A DNA stretch of 64,000 bases, taken from contig CAIKXE010000004.1 of NCBI GenBank assembly GCA_903831305.1, forward strand, positions 9,026-73,025, in the 5' to 3' direction. Under the pieces are notes generated by a model. It had not been told where the DNA came from and searched no databases. It saw nothing but the letters and a program-made list of their open reading frames with translations. This document shows, in pieces, positions 57,308 through 64,000 of this stretch. Source of the DNA: an uncultured bacterium. Lineage in GTDB: Bacteria; Patescibacteriota; Minisyncoccia; Phycocordibacterales; GWA1-40-21. Each line of letters begins with the position of its first letter. Position 1 is the first letter of the stretch. A program made the position numbers and the translations under genes.

Positions 57308-58150
57308 ATGGAAAATATAATTGCAAAAAAATCACTTGGCCAGAACTTTTTGAAATCCAAAACAGCTTTATTAAAAATGATTGAGGCCGGAGAAATAAAT
57401 AATGAGGATACGGTGCTTGAAGTGGGCCCGGGGAAGGGGGTGCTGACCGAGAAACTACTAGAAAAAGCCAAGAAGGTGATTGCGGTGGAAAAAGATGACC
57501 GCCTGATTTCTTTTTTACAAGAAAAGTTTGCCACGGAAATTTCTGCTGGTAAATTGCAAATCATTCATGATGATATTTTAAATTTTGATTTAAAACGCAA
57601 CCTCACCCCAGCACTCTCCTTAACTAATGAGAGGGAGAAGAGGTACAAAATAATCGCTAATATCCCTTATTACATCACCGGACAATTCTTGCGTCAGTTT
57701 TTAGAAACGGATAATCAGCCGGAGCGGATAGTGGTGATGGTCCAAAAGGAGATCGCCCAGCGCATCATTGCTAACAACCCGACCAAGGCGGGGGAAAAGA
57801 AGGAGAGCTTGCTGTCAATGAGTGTGAAGGCTTTTGGGACGCCTAAAATGATCATGAAAGTGGATAAAGAGAACTTTTCCCCCGCCCCCAAGGTAGATTC
57901 TGCTATTCTCCTAATTTCTGGCATTTCTAAAGGCTTTTTCACGGATAACCAGATAACGGAGAAGGACTTTTTTGCCACCATCCACGCTGGTTTTGCCCAC
58001 AAAAGAAAGATACTAGCGAGTAATCTAAAATCCGTGTTTCCTGGTGTTGATTGGGCTGAGCGGATGGAGAAGGCGGGATTAAATATAAAAGTGCGAGCGG
58101 AGGACCTCTCCCTAGTGGACTGGATGAAACTCATTTCCATTGTAATCTAA
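57308..58150 (+). CDS. rsmA: 16S rRNA dimethyladenosine transferase KsgA/RsmA
   Basis: KKSLGQNFL, EVGPGKG, ANIPYYIT, MVQKE and PAPKVDS motifs. Confidence 0.95.
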   Translation: MENIIAKKSLGQNFLKSKTALLKMIEAGEINNEDTVLEVGPGKGVLTEKLLEKAKKVIAVEKDDRLISFLQEKFATEISAGKLQIIHDDILNFDLKRNLTPALSLTNEREKRYKIIANIPYYITGQFLRQFLETDNQPERIVVMVQKEIAQRIIANNPTKAGEKKESLLSMSVKAFGTPKMIMKVDKENFSPAPKVDSAILLISGISKGFFTDNQITEKDFFATIHAGFAHKRKILASNLKSVFPGVDWAERMEKAGLNIKVRAEDLSLVDWMKLISIVI

Positions 58151-58178
58151 AAGCATAAATGTTATTATTCAGTGAGTT

Positions 58179-59207
58179 ATGAACAAATTTTTGCCATCGG
58201 GAAAATTTTTGCTTGTTCTCTTTTCCATTATTTTAGCCTTGGGACTTGTTTTAGGCACACCAGTTCTCTCTCGCTATTATAAAAACCAAAAAATAGTCGT
58301 CACTAACCCCCAAACAAGCAATCAAATCTCTGTCAAAGAATTTATGGCTGTTGATTCTGACCAGGACGGCCTTTTGGACTGGGAAGAAGCCCTCTGGAAA
58401 ACAGACCCCCAAAGAGTAGACACTGACGGGGACGGGACACCTGACGGGGAAGAGACTAACCTCAACCGCAACCCCATCATAACCAATACCGCCCAAAAAA
58501 ACCAAACCCCTAATGATCAAATAGATGAGAAAATAATCACTGACGCTAAACAAGCCCAGGAAGAATACGACAAGCTGACTGATACAGAAAAGTTTTCCCG
58601 CGAGCTTTTTTCTCAATACGTGATTGCTAAAAATAACAACGGCGGAAAAGCCTTAGATAATACCGCTAAAATGGAAGTGCTGAACACTGTAATTGACAAA
58701 ACGGTAGCTACTATAATCACCAAATATTCTATTTCTGATATTAAAAACACCGTGGAGATGACTGACACTAATTTAAAAGATTATGGTAACAAGCTGGGAG
58801 AAATCCTCATGCAATACTCCACTAACGGCGCCGGTGATGAATTACTTTATATTCAAGAGGCCATAACCAAAGAGGATGAAACCCTGCTTAAGCCACTTGT
58901 CCCTATCATCACGAATTACACCAATATGCTTGTGAGCTTTATCCTGATGCCGGTGCCAAAGGATTTGTTGGATATCCACATCAAGATAGTAAATAATTTT
59001 TATAATGTTATAATTAGCTTAGAAAATATTAAGAGTTTCTTTGTTGACCCGATAAACGGCGTCACGAGCCTGCAAACGTATCAAGCTTCCTTTGCTGACC
59101 TTTTTAAAAACATTGAAATACTGAGAATAAAGATGCTAGAAAAAAATATAATTTTTGGAGTAAATGACCCGGGTTATGTTTTTATTAATGTTTCACAACA
59201 ACAATGA
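58179..59207 (+). CDS. Membrane-anchored protein with thrombospondin type 3-like Ca-binding repeats
   Basis: DSDQDGLLDWEE...TDP...DTDGDGTPDGEE. Confidence 0.7.
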   Translation: MNKFLPSGKFLLVLFSIILALGLVLGTPVLSRYYKNQKIVVTNPQTSNQISVKEFMAVDSDQDGLLDWEEALWKTDPQRVDTDGDGTPDGEETNLNRNPIITNTAQKNQTPNDQIDEKIITDAKQAQEEYDKLTDTEKFSRELFSQYVIAKNNNGGKALDNTAKMEVLNTVIDKTVATIITKYSISDIKNTVEMTDTNLKDYGNKLGEILMQYSTNGAGDELLYIQEAITKEDETLLKPLVPIITNYTNMLVSFILMPVPKDLLDIHIKIVNNFYNVIISLENIKSFFVDPINGVTSLQTYQASFADLFKNIEILRIKMLEKNIIFGVNDPGYVFINVSQQQ

Positions 59208-60916
59208 TGAAATCATTTTTTAAAAAAAATATTTGCGCTTTGCTAATAGTTTCTATTATCCTTCCAACGGTCTTTTTTTCTCAGCCCCCAAAGGCCCAAG
59301 CGGTATATCCAGTGACTGATGCCCTCAACTTGGTCCGTAATATCTATACGGGGACCATGACCGCCCTGACAAAGGCTAGTGTTTTTATTTCCGCCCATAA
59401 GGAAACAGTCCTGGACCCCCTTGCTTATGCGGCTGCTCGTATGGTTATCCACCAGTTAACCCAGAGCATAGTGCAGTGGATAAACAACGGTTTTGAAGGC
59501 AGTCCGTCATTTATCCAAGACCCCGGGCGTTTTCTCACAGATACTGCTGATCAAGCTATCGGGGAATTCATTTTTGGCTCAGATTTAGCCTTTCTCTGTG
59601 ACCCTTTTGGCGATGGACAATTTAAACTAAATATCCAGCTCGCCCTCGGCCTTTCATACTCTACGACTCGTCACAAAATAAACTGTACTCTGTCTGATGT
59701 TTTAAAAAACACTAAGGATGCTTATAAAAAGTTTACCAACGGGGACTTTATAGCTGGTGGCGGCTGGGATAGCTGGATATCTGTATCAGCCAATCCCCAA
59801 AACAACGAGCTCGGAGCTATGGTTATAGCTAGCGCGGAAATGGAAGCAAAAATTGACGCTAATAAAGCCCAGGCTAGTATGGAAGCCGGCTGGGGTACGG
59901 GTACTTTATCAATGAAACAATGCAGAGAAACTGTGGTAAACAATCAAGGGGTGCTTGTCAGGGAAGTTTCAAAGTTTGACGGTAACCCAGCAACTCATTC
60001 CTCTACCGACCTGTCAACGGATGATATGGCCCTAGGTTATAGCACCAAGGTGACCTGTAGCACCGTCACCCCCGGCAGTTTGATCAATCAACAGATGGAA
60101 GAGGTAGTTGGTTCTGATTTAAAACAATTACAATTAGCTGATGAATTTAATGAGATTGTGGGAGCACTGGCAAACTTTATGATTAGTAAAGTGGCAAAAA
60201 AGGATGGAGGAGGCCTGCTAGGTGCGGGAGCTCAGGGGGATACAGCAGATAATAAATTTGACAGCCAGATGGCTGGTCTGACTGACGCTTATAACAGTGC
60301 CAACCAAGGCTTGAACCTCGCAGACACAATACTCGCTGCTCAGATAGCCAGCAGTACTATGTCAAACTCCCAAAAGATTGTCGCTGAACAAATAATCCTG
60401 GAACAAAAATACCAGGCCAACTTAGAGATGATTCTGACGAACCTCTACTATGACCCAGCTTCTGCCTACAACCTCTTTGAAAACATCGCCATCCCCACCT
60501 GTAACCCAGAAGCCACTGTGGTGCTTGACCTGATTGACGGTACCACCCCATATGATACCACCGACCCGGACCGCCTGGGCCCGCTTGAAAATCTAACTGT
60601 ACCGGCTTTAGAGGCAAAAAGTGAAGTTGCCACCCAAAATTTGACCGCCTTGGGGACTTTGTTTGAAGAAATCAAAACCAAAACCTCTACCGAGGCCCTG
60701 TTTGTGATCCGAGCTAATGACTTGATCAATACTCCTAGTATGCACCACCAGTCTGACGTTGATTCCTTTAGCCGCCAAGCCACCAACAATTCCAAATATA
60801 CAGCTATTAAAAACTGGCTAAATGATATGAAGATCAAATATGAAGGAGGTGCTTCTGGCCCACGTGGTACAAAGACCTGCAGGATAGATCTTAGCGCTTT
60901 ATGGCCGATTCGTTAA
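59204..60916 (+). CDS. Secreted hypothetical protein of the CPR conjugation-like cluster
   Basis: Signal peptide ending PKAQA; WINNGFEGSPSFIQD and TPGS motifs recurring in CPR. Confidence 0.65.
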   Translation: MMKSFFKKNICALLIVSIILPTVFFSQPPKAQAVYPVTDALNLVRNIYTGTMTALTKASVFISAHKETVLDPLAYAAARMVIHQLTQSIVQWINNGFEGSPSFIQDPGRFLTDTADQAIGEFIFGSDLAFLCDPFGDGQFKLNIQLALGLSYSTTRHKINCTLSDVLKNTKDAYKKFTNGDFIAGGGWDSWISVSANPQNNELGAMVIASAEMEAKIDANKAQASMEAGWGTGTLSMKQCRETVVNNQGVLVREVSKFDGNPATHSSTDLSTDDMALGYSTKVTCSTVTPGSLINQQMEEVVGSDLKQLQLADEFNEIVGALANFMISKVAKKDGGGLLGAGAQGDTADNKFDSQMAGLTDAYNSANQGLNLADTILAAQIASSTMSNSQKIVAEQIILEQKYQANLEMILTNLYYDPASAYNLFENIAIPTCNPEATVVLDLIDGTTPYDTTDPDRLGPLENLTVPALEAKSEVATQNLTALGTLFEEIKTKTSTEALFVIRANDLINTPSMHHQSDVDSFSRQATNNSKYTAIKNWLNDMKIKYEGGASGPRGTKTCRIDLSALWPIR

Positions 60917-60982
60917 TCATTAGTGGATTATAAAGTTTTTTTAGGGTAAAATATGATTAGTTAATTAAGTTTAGACAGGTAA

Positions 60983-63094
60983 ATGAAGAAAAATTCTTCA
61001 AAAATTATTATTTTATTTTTACTCACCATCTTTTTATGGAGTGGGGTGAATTTTAGTTTTCAAAAAAAGGAGTTTATTGTTACAACAGAGAAGGCATATG
61101 GACTAGTTATTCCCGGCGAACAGCCGGTAGTACCAACCGTTACCCCGACTACTGGGTCAACAGATGCCACGAATTGTAATACCCAGAAAGCAGCCTGGCA
61201 AGCAAACCCCAACAATGGTAATCTGAATAAGGCATATACAGATTGTTTAAAGGCAACCATGCAAATGGCAGCAGCAGAGAGCGCAGCAGGACAAATGTAT
61301 GATAATATTTTAACAGCGGCAATAAAGGGTCTTGATATTGCCGAGATGCTATCAGAGAGTGTTTTAAAAACAGTACTCACGGTTATTGCTTCAATATATC
61401 AATTTGCAATAATTCCGCTACTGGGCGTCCTGGTAAGGATAGCGGCTGGCTGCCTAGACCTAGCCCTTAGATTCACCCTAGATTCAAAAAATATTACTAA
61501 TATTGATGGCGCTATCCAGCAAACCTGGATGATTATCCGAAATATTTTTAATATTACCTTCATCTTTATTTTGCTTTATACCGCTATCAGAACCATCTTG
61601 GGTACGGCCGGGACCGATACTAAGAAAATGATTGCTAATGTGGTCATTGCCGCTCTGCTTATAAACTTCAGTTTATTTATCACCAGAATACTTATTGATG
61701 CTGGAAACGTTTTGGCAGCCGCCTTATACAATGCCGCCACCAGTAATGGGGCCTCTTTTTCCGAGTCTCTCGTTACCGCTCTAGGAATAAGCGCTTTATG
61801 GGGTAAGACGGGAGTTACTTGTTTGGTTTGTGTACCATTCTTTGTTGCCACTGCTATACAGACCATAGTTTTATTAAGTTCGTTCATAATTTTAATATAT
61901 GTGACCCTCCTTATGGTGGCCAGAACAGTGGTATTGATCTTCCTGATGGCTATATCACCTGTTGGTTTTATGGGGGACATACTGCCTCAAGTCAAAGAAT
62001 ACAGTAAAAAGTGGCGGGAAAATCTCTTTGGTCAGATCTTTATTGCCCCAGTTTTCCTTCTATTTTATTATTTGATAGTTAATATTAGCGGAACATTCAC
62101 CGCCACCGGCGTCAGCCTTACTGATGATACAAAAAACTATGCTGGTATTTTTAAGTTTATAATAATCCTTGTTCTCCTTTTTGCCGCCGTTAAAATAACC
62201 AAAAAGATGGCCGGGGAGGTTGGCGGTTTTGTAGAGAAAGCCGGGATGCTAGCGGCCGGAGCGGCTATTGGCTATGCCACCGGTGGTGCATCAATGCTAT
62301 TGAAGGGAACTGTCGGTAGGGTAGCTGCTAAAGCCGCTGCAAGCAATAGTCTAGTAGACGCTGCAGATGGAAAAGGTATCCGTGGTTTTGCTTCTCGTAT
62401 GACGCTCAAGGGAGCTACTGCCGCTTCTAAAGCAAGCTTTGATATTAGAAATACTGAGTCATTCAAAAAGGGCACGGGCTTTGTTGGGGATAATACTGGA
62501 GTTAAGGTTGATTACAATACCGGCCGAGCAGCTCAAAAGGGAGGCTATGCTGACATAATTGAAAAGAGGAAGAAGGAAGAGGAAGCAAAAGCTAAAGCAA
62601 TAGCAAATACCGATAACTTAAAGGTTGATCATTGGTCAATTGAACAAGAAAAAGTTGATGCAGAAATCGAAAAAAGAAAAGCGGAGGCAGCAACAAACAA
62701 TGCAATCCTAGTTAATGAAATACAAGCCAAGAAAGATAAGTTACAGGCAGAGGCTCTAACCCTGACACCAAAAGAAAAACAAAAAATAGAAAAAGAGATC
62801 GATGACCATCAAGAAGTAATAGAAAGAAATCAAAAGTTAACGAAGGCTGACCTGTCCGAGGAAGAAAAAATGAAACTAGAGGAAGATATTAGGAAGGATA
62901 TGGCAAAAGCCCAAACAATAGCTAACGCAAACAGTAGAGTAAAAGCGATTGCGTCAAATGGTACAACCGCAAACAAAAGAGCCGCGGCGGTGGTCAGAGG
63001 CTTTATTAAAGCAATCAATAGGGAAAAAACTGATGCAGAAAAGCAAACTGACCTCCTTGAGGAAATAAAAAGGAATTCTAAGACAACAACATAA
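60983..63094 (+). CDS. VirB6/TrbL-like polytopic membrane protein
   Basis: W.IIRNI.NI.FIF.LL, ALLINFSLFI, multiple TM helices and a coiled-coil tail; upstream of PrgI. Confidence 0.65.
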   Translation: MKKNSSKIIILFLLTIFLWSGVNFSFQKKEFIVTTEKAYGLVIPGEQPVVPTVTPTTGSTDATNCNTQKAAWQANPNNGNLNKAYTDCLKATMQMAAAESAAGQMYDNILTAAIKGLDIAEMLSESVLKTVLTVIASIYQFAIIPLLGVLVRIAAGCLDLALRFTLDSKNITNIDGAIQQTWMIIRNIFNITFIFILLYTAIRTILGTAGTDTKKMIANVVIAALLINFSLFITRILIDAGNVLAAALYNAATSNGASFSESLVTALGISALWGKTGVTCLVCVPFFVATAIQTIVLLSSFIILIYVTLLMVARTVVLIFLMAISPVGFMGDILPQVKEYSKKWRENLFGQIFIAPVFLLFYYLIVNISGTFTATGVSLTDDTKNYAGIFKFIIILVLLFAAVKITKKMAGEVGGFVEKAGMLAAGAAIGYATGGASMLLKGTVGRVAAKAAASNSLVDAADGKGIRGFASRMTLKGATAASKASFDIRNTESFKKGTGFVGDNTGVKVDYNTGRAAQKGGYADIIEKRKKEEEAKAKAIANTDNLKVDHWSIEQEKVDAEIEKRKAEAATNNAILVNEIQAKKDKLQAEALTLTPKEKQKIEKEIDDHQEVIERNQKLTKADLSEEEKMKLEEDIRKDMAKAQTIANANSRVKAIASNGTTANKRAAAVVRGFIKAINREKTDAEKQTDLLEEIKRNSKTTT

Positions 63095-63099
63095 TTAGT

Positions 63100-63843
63100 A
63101 TGGGTGAAGAAACACAAAAAATAATAGCCGAGCAGATGAAAAAGCTACCGAATGAAGTTCGTGAGGCTATTCTTTCTATTGATTATGAAATAAAACTCCA
63201 AGAAATATACAAGAGACAAAGGTTGCTTATAGATCAGGCCCAAAAACTGGAAACAGAGACCTCCTTGGTACTGCTCGGCCTAGAACCAATCTCAGATTAT
63301 ATTAGTAATCTAGAAAAAAATCTGAACATCACGCCTGATAAGGCCCAGGAAGTAGCACTAGATGTAGATGAAAATATCTTTAAAAAAGTGCGCACCTCTC
63401 TACAAAAAATAGACGAGGATATGCTGGCCGCTGACTATTTTGGTACACCGGAAGAGGAATATTCAAAGGAACCACCCGTTACCAAATTTACTAATACCAA
63501 TGAGGCTATGCTGAACCGAGACCAGATATTGAAAGAGATTGAAGACCCATCAGTGACTGAAGGAGGGGAAGAGGTTGTAAAAGCAGAAAAGGAGACTCCG
63601 ACAAAAACCTCCACCGCACTTGAAGTACGCCCCGCCCAAGAGCTTGAAACTCTGCCTGGGGAAGGAGTAAAAGATATCACCCCAAGTGCTAATCTGACTA
63701 CAGATATCCTCCAAGCCAAGATGAGCAGTCCCACTATTATTTCCAAGCAGGCCGTAGAAGTAAGACCGAGTGCAAGGCTTCCTGAAATTGAAAAAATAAA
63801 AACATATAAAGGAGTAGACCCTTATCGAGAACCCATAATATAA
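63100..63843 (+). CDS. CPR hypothetical protein
   Basis: C-terminal DPYREPI motif common in Parcubacteria. Confidence 0.7.
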   Translation: MGEETQKIIAEQMKKLPNEVREAILSIDYEIKLQEIYKRQRLLIDQAQKLETETSLVLLGLEPISDYISNLEKNLNITPDKAQEVALDVDENIFKKVRTSLQKIDEDMLAADYFGTPEEEYSKEPPVTKFTNTNEAMLNRDQILKEIEDPSVTEGGEEVVKAEKETPTKTSTALEVRPAQELETLPGEGVKDITPSANLTTDILQAKMSSPTIISKQAVEVRPSARLPEIEKIKTYKGVDPYREPII

Positions 63844-64000
63844 TGCGCTTTCAAGTACCACAATTTATTGAAATAGAAGATAAAATATTTGGTCCCTTGA
63901 CCATCAAGCAGTTTATTTATATTGCCGGTGGGGCAGGGTTATCCTTTATAATATATCGCTTTTTACCATTATTTTTAGTTATTCCTTTGGTTATAGTTGT
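63843..64000 (+). CDS. PrgI family protein (runs off the window end)
   Basis: Manual translation: MRFQVPQFIEIEDKIFGPLTIKQFIYIAGG...; TAATG overlap with the previous gene. Confidence 0.85.
   Translation, partial: MRFQVPQFIEIEDKIFGPLTIKQFIYIAGGAGLSFIIYRFLPLFLVIPLVIV

Noticed and set aside
1-64000. Alternative genetic code (TGA=Gly, as in Gracilibacteria)
   Set aside because: Core genes are full length under code 11, and TGA acts as a stop (e.g. 10975, 59207).

Overview
A ~40% GC chromosomal window, most likely from a Patescibacteria/CPR (Parcubacteria-like) genome using the standard code. The evidence for this is type IV pilus genes, a giant Cys/Thr-rich surface protein, a trigger factor without its PPIase domain, a TrmB-type regulator, tRNA-Arg(UCG) and a VirB6/PrgI cluster. 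Housekeeping genes include rnhA, recJ, tpiA, nusA, hppA, tig, rsmE, clpP, rny, hup, cca, xth, a xerD-like recombinase, rpsO, pnp, comM, pcrA, rsmA and four tRNAs. Five observations stand out. (1) An accessory island at 41.7-44.5 kb carries small orphan ORFs, one of them Csx20-like, separated by two type III hammerhead ribozymes, boxA-like motifs and a thrice-repeated double hairpin; part of it lies between 98-bp direct repeats. (2) A 3024-aa ORF looks like a polyprotein with two internal TM-anchor plus signal-peptide junctions. (3) Several modular palindromic repeat families occur intergenically, behind tRNAs and in-frame inside genes, including at a prepilin cleavage motif and inside parS-like sites. 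(4) A parS cluster lies next to DnaA boxes. (5) Leaderless-type promoters are pervasive. All calls are by eye; no searches were run.
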